Translations under genes and position numbers: made by a program | Notes under the pieces: model-generated | Seen by the model: the letters and a program-made list of their open reading frames with translations, nothing else | What the model was told of the DNA's origin: nothing | The model's database searches: none | Shown here: piece by piece, positions 22,843 through 34,010 of the stretch | Layout of the letters: the number at the start of each line of letters is the position of its first letter | Numbering within the stretch: position 1 is the first letter of the stretch | Source of the DNA: Pelomyxa schiedti | Taxonomy: Eukaryota; Protista; Evosea | NCBI GenBank assembly: GCA_020536535.1 | Contig: JAHLWZ010000512.1 | Location: 1 to 59,195, forward strand | DNA: 59,195 nt | Direction: 5' to 3'

Positions 22843-24228
22843 ATGCCGGTCGGCGTGAAACGAACCACGAAACAACGAGGGCGCGTCGTCGGCGTCGCCC
22901 CTGCGTCGTACACAGGAGCAACGCGGCGGGCCAGACCAACCTACGGCGCGACAGATGCGGCCACGACAATCGCGACCCACAGTACCACCACAGCGAGGGA
23001 CCAAGTCTTGGCCCTGGCCGCAGGGGCACACCCGCGGTGCGGGGCCCGCTGCCCACTGCGCACGATGATGGCGACGAATTATGGGATGGCGGGGGGTGTT
23101 GGTGGTGGTGAGGGTGAGGGTGATGGCGATGGCGCTCTGGCCGTGAGGCTTGTGTGGGAGTGGCTCATGGAAAGCACAAGGCTAAACTCCGTGAGGCTCG
23201 AAAACGAGGCAGGGCAGAACGTGGTTATCACGTTCGGGGTGTCGATGGCCCTGCTCACACTTACGCACCCGACGAGGTGGTGGGTGGAGAGGAGGCGGGA
23301 GAGGATCCTGTGCGCGTGCAGGGACTACCTCGTGCTGCTGATGAAACGGAAGAAGCGGCCACTTTACTGCATACAGGACCGGGCCACTGGCCGCAGGGCG
23401 CAGCTCGTTGCCCGCGACCGGCAAATCCCATGCGACGCAAACTGGAAATGGATGGTGTTGTGTGATTGCGAGGCAAGGGAGCTCATTGTTGTTGAGATTC
23501 CAAGGAAAAGCACTGGCACAACAACAACAGCAACCAAGAATCCAACTGTTGTGGTTGTTCCACTTGACACGAGCAAAGGAAAGTGGACGTACTGCTCACC
23601 TTATTTGGGTGGGACTGACAACCAAGACCATGTCCTGTTGTTGTTTGCTTGGCCAGGCCGCTTTTTCGAGATTGCCTGGGTGGACCTTGTGCAAACATGT
23701 GCATCCAAGGCACTGGCTGTGCTGAGCTCAACTGTTCCAAGATTCAGTGACGTTGTGAGGTTGGATCCTCATCTCATTCCTAGCTGTGCGATGAATATTT
23801 TCCTGGGGAAGACTTATTTCGTGGTGACACAAGAAAGTGGTGCCCACTCATTTGTGATGCAAGGCCCTGACCTTGATGGGGTCATCACTATTGAGGAAGG
23901 AACTGCCAGACTGCATAAGCCACTAGACGCACGTGATATGAGGGTATCCAAGTTGAACGAGTCACAGTTCTGTGTTTTTGTTGAAGGAATGGATACCTAC
24001 ACTGTGTGGGACATCAATGACACAAGAGAGCCTGTGTGCACAAAGGATTGTGCCTCTGGGCAAGTACTGGGCCAATCTTTTGTTGAAGGTGGCCTACTGT
24101 TCCAAGTTAGTGAGTCTTGTGAAGAGATACAGGTGACTGAAGAGTCTTCTGGCCACCACATAATCTCATTTAAGTTGTTCACACCCCTTACCAACTTCTG
24201 TGATTGGTTCTCTGAAGCTCTCTCTTGA
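22843..24228 (+). CDS. Hypothetical intronless protein of a lineage-specific type (beta-strand-rich C-terminus)
   Basis: Uninterrupted 461-aa ORF; N-terminal ARDQVLALAAGAHPRCG..RLVWEW motif; no recognisable domain. Confidence 0.7.
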   Translation: MPVGVKRTTKQRGRVVGVAPASYTGATRRARPTYGATDAATTIATHSTTTARDQVLALAAGAHPRCGARCPLRTMMATNYGMAGGVGGGEGEGDGDGALAVRLVWEWLMESTRLNSVRLENEAGQNVVITFGVSMALLTLTHPTRWWVERRRERILCACRDYLVLLMKRKKRPLYCIQDRATGRRAQLVARDRQIPCDANWKWMVLCDCEARELIVVEIPRKSTGTTTTATKNPTVVVVPLDTSKGKWTYCSPYLGGTDNQDHVLLLFAWPGRFFEIAWVDLVQTCASKALAVLSSTVPRFSDVVRLDPHLIPSCAMNIFLGKTYFVVTQESGAHSFVMQGPDLDGVITIEEGTARLHKPLDARDMRVSKLNESQFCVFVEGMDTYTVWDINDTREPVCTKDCASGQVLGQSFVEGGLLFQVSESCEEIQVTEESSGHHIISFKLFTPLTNFCDWFSEALS

Positions 24229-24519
24229 AATGAAACAGTAGTAACCAGAACTGACACTCAACAGAATAACTTCCATCTTGTTTTCACTTTGGTTGTCCTT
24301 CACAAAAAAAACCGGCCAGGAACAAGGTCTTTGAGCAAAAGAAAAATTTGGCATCAAAGAGGCTCGAAGCAGAATTATGGTTTTTGGCCAACAACTCTCG
24401 ACGTGTTTGGGTTTGTGTTATGACGTTGTTCTTCTCACAATTTATGGAATTCATTAGAAGGAACGAGAAATTGGTGAGAGGGTGTGAGTTTGTGTTTCTT
24501 GAGTGGGTTAAATGGAAAT

Positions 24520-25203
24520 TCATATAGACAAGCCATAGACAGTAGTTATACAGTAGCTGGAATGATAGGGTTAGTGGGGAATGTAAATTTTGGATGTTTT
24601 GGGGGAATAACATTGACTTGTTCTCCCATCTGTGGGTCACGCTAGCATCAGAGGATGTGTCCCAAAAACAGGCACTTGCTGTGTGTAACCCAGCTCCATT
24701 CTTTTTGTAGGTTAGTAGAACACCCCACCCTGCAACTTTCTCAACAAACTTTTTGCATTATCAGACATGACACAATATATTTATAAGGTTTGTTCATAAC
24801 AGTGAGTCTTCTGAGTGTGTTTTCCAAAATCTGATTTGTCCACAACGCCACATTTGCCTGAGCATACACAGTAGTCCGCGTGAGTGCCGATTCTATGGAC
24901 TCCTGTATGATACTATTCACAGACTCTATATTTAATGAGTAAGTAGTTCATTCAAGGGCACCGCAGAACCAACACCGCAAAAAAAGCAACAACAACAAGC
25001 AAACCCTTTGAGAACAACGGGTCCTCGGTACCCTCCACAACTCCCACAATGTCGTCGCCAACACCCCCGCCCCGCGACGATGACGTCACCGTACTAGGTG
25101 CCGCTTGGCTCGGCGTGCCGGTATCCCCCATATCGACGTGCCGAGAATTCCTTGTTGATGACTGAACGGGTGGTTTCCACTGCGGTGCATTGTTGGCCAA
25201 CAT
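24520..25203 (-). CDS. Dynein light chain Tctex-1 (DYNLT family)
   Basis: Spliced: [87 protein letters not shown]. Start is at 25203 or 25131. Confidence 0.9.
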
Positions 25204-25308
25204 GATGAGGAGGACAGGCAACACGACGTGGAGCACCAGCACCTCAGAACAGGATGGAAAAAAAGAAAATACAAAAAAAATAAAAGACAAACCTGTTTCC
25301 AAATACAC

Positions 25309-27785
25309 ATGACAGGGACGTCGTCGTACGGGGTTGGGACCACGATCATGCCCCCTCCATTCGTAACCGCCCTATCATCGTCTTCGTCGTCGTCGACTAG
25401 CGCGGCGACTACGTCGGGGGAAGGAGGAGGAGGAGAGGGCGGGGACGCGGCCAACGGGGGAGCCCCGCCGTCGGTACCCGTGGTTAATCCAGTGCCCCCG
25501 CAAATTCTGGACAAACCAGCGAGGAAACAAGTCAAGAAGATAACCCACTACACCCCAAACACAAGCGGTATGTTTTNNNNNNNNNNNNNNNNNNNNNNNN
25601 NNNNNNNNNNNNNNNNNNNNNNNNNNNNNNNNNNNNNNNNNNNNNNNNNNNNNNNNNNNNNNNNNNNNNNNNNNNNTATTTTATTTTATTTTATTTTATT
25701 TTATTTTATTTTATTTTATTTTATTTTATTTTATTTTATTTTATTTTATTTTATTTTATTTTATTTTATTTTATTTTATTTTATTTTATTTTATTTTATT
25801 TTTGTTTGGTTCGTTTGTTGTTATGTTTTGTTTGGTTTGTTTGTTATTTTGTTTTTATCTATGCTTTTTTTTGTGCTGAATATTGTTTTGTTGTTGTATT
25901 TGCTTTAGTTTATTTTAGTGTGTTTATTTTGGTTTTAACGCGTTGCTTAGGTGATTACAATATTTGGTACCATCGATATTGTGGATACGAGTACAAGGAG
26001 TCACGGCGGGATAGGTCTGCCACTTTACTCCACCCCTCACTTCCCTCCTTTTATTGTTACCTTCATTCACGTGTAGCCACACACTTTGTGGTGGCGTTGC
26101 AGGGGTGACATGACCCGAGTGAACATTCTGAAGGACGCTGGCAGAACCCACGCTGATGATGGTGCTCCTGTCTGTATTCACTTTGCAATGGGGAAATGTG
26201 CTTTGGTGTGTACTAAAAGAATTAAAACATCTTCTCACTACCTTCAGGGGTCTGAGTGCAGCTACAAGCACCAAATTCCCACAGAAGATGATGAAAGACG
26301 CACTGGGCTCACTCAAGATGTATTTGGCCGTGAGAGATACAAGTGAGTAGCAGCTTAATACATTGGAGACTAATTTTCTACAGGACCGATCGTGATGATA
26401 TGGGTGGTGTGGGAAATTTCTCTAAGGAAAACAGAAGTGCGTTCCTTTGGTCATTAAAGATTTTGACCTTAACTATTCCAACAGCTCTCTATCTTGGAGG
26501 CCTGAAAACTGAAGTGCCCGTTCCCGAGATGGAGACCTCTCTAAGGAAGCACTTTGGCGAATTCGGTGAACTTGAGTATGGTATGTTTGACTCGGGCATT
26601 TCTTATTTGAATTTACTTGAATAGTTCGTGTTCTTGCTGGACGTGGAATCGGCTTTGTACGTTACAGACTTCGTACAGCTGCAGAGTTTGCTAAAGTTGC
26701 AATGGGGGATCAGACACTTGACCATGGTGAAGTTTTGAACGTGAGGTGGGCCTACACGGATCCAAATCCAATTGCCAAGGCACATGAAGAACAAGCAACT
26801 GCCAGTCAGTTTATTAATGCTGTGGAGAGGAGGGTCCAAACTGTATGCTGTTATATTGTTCCAGTTAATGTTGACCAATCTTAACAGATGACACCGAAAG
26901 AAAAGGCTGAAATGGAAGCCCTACGACAATTGGAGCAGCTTGCTGAGAATCCTGATTCATACCCGGATACTGATGCACAGTTCACTGGGTACTGTTCCCA
27001 TATGCGCTGGTGGCCTTTAATTGACTATTCATAGAAAACCTGGAGGAGAGCCAGCCGCGCCCACTGTCAAGAAACCGCGCATCCAATACTCTGCCCCTGC
27101 TATTTCCTACAAGTACAAATTTATTGGACCACAAAGTATCCCAAGGCACTTGGTCGAGAACACAGAGAGGCAGCAAATCAATCAGCCCACTCCGACAACC
27201 ACGCGGTCAGTTTTGCAAATCTTCGTTTATTTCTATTCTAACACACGCAACAGATCGGAAACTGAAACAGTTTACCAATTCCAAACACCAGTGGAGTATG
27301 ACCAGTGGGACCCCCAGACATATGCAGCAGCCAAACAGCATTACTCTGCCAACCCGCACACCGGACAGGTAAAAATATATACTACCTTCCCATTTACTTC
27401 CCATTACCAAAGCAATCTTCCAAAACATCACACAATATATACCTAATACTGTAATTTCTCATTTACACTTACATTGTTACAGTACCACCCGTACTCGTAT
27501 GGGTTCTATTACCCGAGGCAAATAGCACCCGAGCCGGAGATTCCCGAGGAGAAGCTACGCCAGAACGACGACCAACTTCAATCGTACTTTGAGAACGTCT
27601 ACAACCACGGCGAGGACTACTACGAGGAATGCGCCGCCAACAACGAGGCCGTCAACGCCGTTACCGCTGCAACATCCAGTAGCTCCGCCACGTCGTCGTC
27701 ATCCGATCCGGCTGACGCCCCCCTGGCCGGCACAAAGAGGCCCGCCTCTGCCCCAGCCTCAAAGAACCCTGACCCCCTAACTTGA
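25309..27785 (+). CDS. CWC2: Pre-mRNA splicing factor Cwc2 (Torus/CCCH zinc finger + RRM)
   Basis: Spliced motifs KPARKQV, DYNIWYHRY, DAGRT, CIHFAMGKCALGSECSYKHQIP, DVFGRERY..DRDDMGGVGNF, RTLYLGG, AEFAKVAMGDQTL..LNVRWA..DPNP. Intron 1 spans a gap. Confidence 0.93.
25577..25676. other. Assembly gap (100 N)
   Basis: N run inside CWC2 intron 1, next to a microsatellite. Confidence 0.99.
25677..25800 (+). repeat. (TTTTA)n microsatellite in CWC2 intron 1
   Basis: About 25 visible perfect pentamer units running into the gap. Confidence 0.95.
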
Positions 27786-27871
27786 TTGAAAAAATCTGAG
27801 TAGAACCAAACCAAAAGTCCGAATTTGATTTACTTGAAAAACCGTTTTTTTTCCCAACAGTTCGCGTACTC

Positions 27872-28618
27872 ATGTCGTTGCTAAGCTGCAACCCCAACGA
27901 CGCAGTGGCTGATGCGTGCGAACGTGGGTGGATGCCTTTGATGTCGAACGAGTGGGACATCAACCAGCCAATAGACGGCGACGGGAACTCGGCGCTCCAC
28001 TTGGCGTGCAAGGGGGGCCACGTCGGGCTCGCGCGGCAGCTTCTGGCCGCCGGCGCCTGCCGTGACCCGCCGATCGACCCAAACAGGCGCAACACGGAGG
28101 AGTGGACGCCCCTTACGCTGGCGTGCAGCCAGGGCCACGTCGGGGTCGTGGAGGTGCTGCTGCAGCACCCCGGCGTGGACGCCAGCAAGGACTGGCCCCT
28201 CCACGTCGCCTGCGTGTGGAACCGTGCGAACGTGGTTGCGCTGCTGGTTAGGAGCCGGCGGTTCGACGTCAACGCGGTGGCGAACCGGGTGCGCTGGATC
28301 TTTGACGGAATGACCCCACTGTACGCGGCTGCGTACTTTGAGAACCTAGAGGGTCTCAGGATTCTGCTAGGAGCAGACGGCATTGATGCTACGAAGCCGG
28401 AACCCCTGGGCGGCCAAACGCCACTCGATATAGCAACTGAGGTGAATTTCCTTGAGGGATGCAATCTGCTGAAGGAGCACATAAACCGCGGGCTCGGAAA
28501 TTGGAGGACAAACCCACCACCACCGCAGCAGCAAACACAACCCAAACAACCACAGGATTACGCGCGATCGCGCAACAAGGTTGTAGGCTGGTACGGGATA
28601 CCGAAGTTTGAATTCTGA
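27872..28618 (+). CDS. Ankyrin-repeat protein (ankyrin-only version of the cassette)
   Basis: 248-aa ORF with SALHLAC, TPLTLAC, PLHVAC, TPLYAAA, TPLDIA repeats; about 50% identical by manual alignment to the ankyrin region of 398-1423. Confidence 0.9.
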   Translation: MSLLSCNPNDAVADACERGWMPLMSNEWDINQPIDGDGNSALHLACKGGHVGLARQLLAAGACRDPPIDPNRRNTEEWTPLTLACSQGHVGVVEVLLQHPGVDASKDWPLHVACVWNRANVVALLVRSRRFDVNAVANRVRWIFDGMTPLYAAAYFENLEGLRILLGADGIDATKPEPLGGQTPLDIATEVNFLEGCNLLKEHINRGLGNWRTNPPPPQQQTQPKQPQDYARSRNKVVGWYGIPKFEF

Positions 28619-28771
28619 GGAAAGGAAATAATAAAGGGTTGGGTTTTTCTCGTTTTTTTTTTCTTTTTGATCAACAGTTTTTTTCCTTTAGAGACAGGCG
28701 GTGATTACACCATCTGCCTCCATGTTTTTTTTATTGGCAAGTTCACAAAGGTAGGCAGATGGAGGCTAGAT

Positions 28772-29348
28772 CTAATAGCCAACACCGAGGAGGTAGTCAG
28801 CCATGTCCTCGACGACCTTGGTGGCATTCCCGGGCTGCTTGGGCTCGACGTAGATTCCGACGAGGATGCACTTTCCGGTCTTGACTGTGACGACTCCTCC
28901 CTTGTTGCCCTTGCCGTAGACGGACCTGGGGTCGGCCTTGACGCACATGTACTTCAGCTTTCCGCAGAGGATTCCAGAGCTCTGGGGGACTGATGGGTCC
29001 TGTGTTCGCATAAACGTTAGGTCAAACAAATAAGCAAGTAATCATAAAAGATGCGCGACGGAAGTGCAGAAAAAAAAAAACTTTGCGTACAAACGATGTT
29101 TAAATGGTTGTTGTTAATTAAAATGTATATTTGCGTGTTGCATTTTTTGTTTGAGTGTGTTAATTGAACGATGAAAGTAAACGCACAGTGAAGTTCTGGA
29201 CGAGTTTTGCGGCCTCCTTGTTGGCAACAACATCGGGGAATGTTGCGGACTTGGCCCAAACAGCGCCGTTTGTTGCGTCGAGGATGGCAGCGGAGTCAAC
29301 GAAGCCAGATCCGACGAGGTTGGTATCGACGTATGTTTGCCACGACAT
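28772..29348 (-). CDS. Profilin
   Basis: MSWQTYVDTNLVGSGFVDSAAIL..one intron..GKLKYMCVKADPRSVYGKGNKGGVVTVKT..MADYLLGVGY*. Confidence 0.95.
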
Positions 29349-29473
29349 CTTGTGTCTTTGTTGTTGGTTAAAAGCCGAAGCTTTGTTGGTTTGTCTTTTC
29401 GGTGTTGGTTTTTTTGTATTAATGATTTTCTGTTGGTTGGTTTTTAAGAGGCCCCCGGCGTCTGTTGAATAGC

Positions 29474-29722
29474 TTTTTTCGCGACGTCACCCACAGTTGA
29501 ACTTTCCCTGTTAGAAATTTAGAAGCCTCTTTCAAAAAAAATAAAGAGGAAATCTGCACGGATCCTCAGTCTATGGGGTTGTCCCCCACCTCAGCTAGTT
29601 TCTCACAGTACACCTCAAACACATCTTGACCAGGACAATTAGGGTATTTTCGTGCAAGTACTGAGTGTTGGGTATTCCAACTTGCAGCTCCCAACGTAAC
29701 CTCAATTAGTTTCGCGAAAAAA
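29474..29722. promoter_or_regulatory. Bidirectional promoter region with inverted TCGCGAAAAAA motif pair
   Basis: TTTTTTCGCGA at 29474-29484 and TCGCGAAAAAA at 29712-29722, each about 125-150 nt upstream of one profilin ATG. Confidence 0.4.
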
Positions 29723-29871
29723 ACTCACAGCCGTTTCAGACGCATAATCCAAAAAAAGCACTGCATTACTAGAAAATGAAGAAAAGGTGGTGCCTAGCCA
29801 TTAAACTCCAACAAACCACAAGTCAATAAACAACCACAACAAGGAGCCAACAACACTAACAAAAACAACAA

Positions 29872-30335
29872 ATGTCGTGGCAAAACTACGTGGACGACAA
29901 CCTGGTGGGCTCTGGATTCGTTGATTCTGCGGCAATTCTTGGTTCTGAGGATGGCTCAGTCTGGTCCCGTTCCTCAGAATTCCCATCACTCAGTGCTTTG
30001 ATTCCAGGGACAGAAGTTGCCGAGGTTGTATCTATCATCAAGGACAACTTTGAGGTTTGTTTTGATAGGAGTACCTTATTTCATAAATGACTCATGTGTA
30101 TCTTAAGAGGGAACATACACCTCAGAGCAGGGGAATATGGGCCGGCGGCCTCAAGTACATGTGCGTGAAGGCTGATACAAGGTCTGTGTATGGAAAGGGC
30201 AACAAGGGCGGAATTGTCACTGTGAGGACCGGGAAGTGCGTTCTGGTTGGAATATACGGAGAGGGAAAGCAGGCCGGAAATGCTGTGAAGACTGTGGAAG
30301 ACTTGGCCGACTATCTCATTGGTGCCGGATTTTGA
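29872..30335 (+). CDS. Profilin (divergently transcribed paralogue)
   Basis: MSWQNYVDDNLVGSGFVDSAAIL..one intron..GGLKYMCVKADTRSVYGKGNKGG..LADYLIGAGF*. Confidence 0.95.
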
Positions 30336-30482
30336 TACAAATTCTCCTCTGCTGTACAGGTTAATTAGAGGGGGACAGAGTAATCAAAGTAATTTCTTCT
30401 ATTCAAATCGAAGTTATTGGAATCCTTAATTTCATGAGCAATGAAAGGAAATTGCTTGTTGTATGTACCGGTTAGTGCCTTT

Positions 30483-31287
30483 TTATCTTCCTTTCGTTGA
30501 GTATTGCCCTTTCAGCCCAGTCCAGTGCAAGTCTCAGGCCTTGTCCTCTGTAAGCAATTGTGGGGAAAACAGCCCAGTCCCTTGTTCCAGGCTTTATGTC
30601 CGGAAGTTGCAAAACGGTGGCGATTTCCTCTGGTGATGCGGCAAATGGTAAGTCTTGCTGAAGAGATTAAGTACGCTTTTATCGGGTGTTATATTACCTT
30701 ATTGGCCAGTACACACAGAGGTACACTGGACAGTTCTGGAGCGTTCAGAACCTATAAAAATCTTAATAGGAGTAGAACGGAGGAGGCATTATAACCCCCC
30801 ACAATGATTCATAGGCCTCAATAAACATGTCTCTGTCTTGGGAATCAATGATCCAGAATATACACTCAGTGTTTGTATAGTAATTCCTCCACCGTGGCCG
30901 TAGAACCGTTCTGTGGAGATTGGCTTTATGGGGAAGATAGAGTTCCCATACATTCCTCCTGGAACCCAAATAGTAAAATCCAGGGACTTGTTGGGTATAG
31001 TTTCAACACAGAATCCAATGTTCGGTCCGGCACAAACATTCTCCCCAAGCTTCAACTTTGTGATTGTATTGTAAGACCTTCACTGTTAAAAGGAGGCAAC
31101 AACCATGTACAATGCTGTGAGGGCGCCTGCCGAATCCAGTCCTATTAGTGCAGTTGTAAATGGAGGCGCACTTTAAAAAACCTGTACCGAGCAACAGACA
31201 TCTGCAAGGAGACAGCTTTGGCTCCGAAAACAGGGAGAAAACTTTGGTGAGCACTGGAGTTTCCCTTTTGTCATCTGACTCTGCCAT
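30483..31287 (-). other. ARF-like GTPase domain with degenerate motifs (C-terminal domain of the fusion, or a separate gene)
   Basis: LLLGLDSAGALT, PNIGFCVETI, FTIWVPGG, LRPRWRNYYTNT, IDSQDRD, VLANKQDLP, AYRGQGL..LDW. Confidence 0.85.
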
Positions 31288-33704
31288 ACTAGGTATAGGT
31301 TATTGTGGAAAGAAGAAGCATGCAGATTTACTCCAGAAACAATTCCCTTGTTTGCTCGTATACCATCAGGTATTTCAGTTTCGCATGTTTCTGGCTTTTT
31401 ATAATAGATACTCTCACAGAAAATTAATGAAGAACAAGAATGGCGGGTTACTATACTGTTTGGGGGGTAGAAGATTACTAGCACATCGAAAAATTGTCCT
31501 GGACGAAAAAGACAGTTCAATATCCAACCAACGTTGTTGAGACCAATGCAACCTACTTCTGGGTGCATCTCAGTAGTCAAGAAATGAGATTTGACCTACC
31601 GACGCATTACAGCTTCCCACACCTCGTCAGATGAGGAAATGATGCGCATTCCTCTACTGGTTTGTCCAAGTCTCATGAGACTCTTGAGAATGTGAAAAAT
31701 GTTTACAGATTTCTTCAAAAAACCTTAAAATCATGTATCTCCGTGAGAATTTGAGTCAGCACAGATAGAGGTAGGACTCCAAAACTTCCAAGTGTTGAAT
31801 CAGCTGATTTTCGAGGTGCACAAAAAATTGCTGAGGTGTGGAGCCATCCACATGACACCTACAAATGAGTGTTGAAACTTCGGTGGGAACAGAAGAGGCC
31901 TACGGAAACAGCAGGCAAACAAAGCCCTGTGACTTGAGTTGGAACAGGAACTGTGTCAGTTCCACTCTGACCACATTGCCCATAGTTATTTGATCCAAAC
32001 ATAAATCTGAGTAAAAGTCAGTGTCCGAATCAAGTGAACTCGTACAATTTGCCAGAGTTTGTCACTAGAGCCGTGTGTGAATTACCAACTGACCCGTTTG
32101 CAGAAACATTTGCAATCCATTCCTATTGTGGCATTAAAAAATGAAAAAACCTGCTCCAAAGAAACATTGTTTGATTCCAGGTACAAGTTGAACTCGGATA
32201 AAGGTCTAAATTAAGATTAGGAGTTTACTTTCAGAGATTATTTCATACTGAGGCGCCAAAATGTCCAACCCCTCAGGAATGGAAGGTATACCACAATAGT
32301 CTCTTTTGCCCCAAGTGTAGACCTATTCAGATGAGCTCTATTGAATATTTAGTGAAATACAGTTGAATGAATAGCGGGGCAAGAATCTTTCGTCACCACA
32401 ATTGTGTGGCAGTCACCACAGGAAACTAAAGTTTGAGTGTCCGGTGGAGTTGGCAAAATAACACTTTGAGGTGTTAATTTATCGTCCCTGCTCCCAAGGC
32501 CAAGCTGCCCAAATCTGATTTTATGGTCAATAATCGTTACTCCGTAGAATACTGCGTGCCTGTTTGCTCCAAATGCCAGCAGTTTGCCAGAATCAGTAAG
32601 TAACATTGAGTGCTGGCCACCGCATATGGACTTGACTGCTTTTTCTGTCAATAATACTTGATGCGGAGTATTTCTATCCTGGGGTTTTTTATTTCTGTCT
32701 GATTTATTGATGGGGAAACTTACCCTCCAGTCACCCAATCCAAGTTGACCATGAGAATTCACTCCCCAGGAATAAACTGTGCCATCCTGGCAACAGACTA
32801 CAGAGAAGGCAACACCAGCGGACACCTAGGAGAGTATCAGAATCCTGTAAACCTACATCGCCGGGTACCTTACATGAGTTACAATGTGGGATGAGAGTGC
32901 AGCAACAATAGCAGGGGGTTGCCACTTTCCAGAGATTTCACCCCATTCCCAAGCTCTCCCTGTGTCCTCCAACGCTAACCTGTGAAATCCTCCAGCACTC
33001 AACTGCTTAATTATACAGTTCTTAAATCTGTTTAGTAAACGACGTTAAATCACAGTCAAAAGGGGTACAAACAAGTCCAACAAATAGCACAACTAGCCAT
33101 ACTATCTACTATCTCTTAGAACAATATATGAGGCACCACCACTCATAATGAGCACAAGCACAAGCACAGGCACAGGCACAAGCACAAGCACAAGCACAAG
33201 CACAGGAACACACTGGGGGACACAGGCAGGGGCCGGGCACTGCGGCCCCCGGTACTCCCTCCTGCTCACCGACGCCACGTTCACCGCAGAGGCCACTTCG
33301 TGCGACCCTCCCCACTCCATCACCGCCGTCCTCCCGCTCCCCCCCGGCCCGCGTCCCGCTCCCGGTCCGTCGCCCTCGGGGCGCCCGCCGGGCCCCCTGC
33401 CCGTCGCCGCCACCGCCACCGTGGTGGTTGTGCCCCCGCACGCGACTGAGCACTCCACCGCCGCCGCGGCGTCCCCCCCCTCCTCGCCGTCGCTGCTGCT
33501 GGTTGTGTGGGTGGGCGGCGTGGTAGGCCCGCCGGCGGGGGGACCTAGGAGCAGGGTGGCGGGGGTGGATGCGGACAGCACTCCGTAGTCGGCCGCGTCA
33601 GGCCCCCCCCCGACCGCCCCCCATGGGCGGCCCAGCTGCCCGCTGCACCCGCACCCCCAGCACACCACGACGTGGCCCCCGGTACCCACGACGCGCCCGC
33701 TCAT
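30483..33704 (-). CDS. RCC1-repeat / F-box / ARF-like fusion protein
   Basis: RCC1 repeats (CWGCGCSGQLG, VYSWGVNSHGQLGLG, ICGGQHSMLLTDSG, FGSNNYGQCG), F-box-like LPLSVLTQIL..LMRLGQTSRGMRIISSSDEVW, then a 43-nt GT-AG intron (31289-31331) that removes the stop and fuses in frame to an ARF-like domain. Confidence 0.7.
33151..33206 (+). repeat. (AGCACA/GGCACA)n hexamer repeat, probably in the first RCC1-gene intron
   Basis: About 9 tandem units read directly. Confidence 0.8.
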
Positions 33705-34010
33705 TGATCGATCAAACAACGAAACAGTGGTTCGGCGAAATGTGATCAAACCTCCCCAGAGAAATGTGCTTGGGGCCCAACGCAGGCAGCCTCGGTTGGC
33801 CCAATTGGTGTCGAAAAATGGGGCTATCTCGAGAGGATGCCACACAACTTGGGGGAAGGTTTGACTACCAAGTTGAGGGTACGAAAGGGAAAAATGGGTA
33901 CTGCGTGTGTGTACGCGGTTTTGCTCTGAAAGAAAGCATTGCCTGGAACACCTTGCTATCACTCGTACTCCTTAACGTTTATTGGTGGGCAGGCGAGACA
34001 CAACATTTGA

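Noticed and set aside
25228-25908. ORF with ILFYF repeats as a membrane protein
   Set aside because: Translation of the intronic (TTTTA)n microsatellite and the gap.
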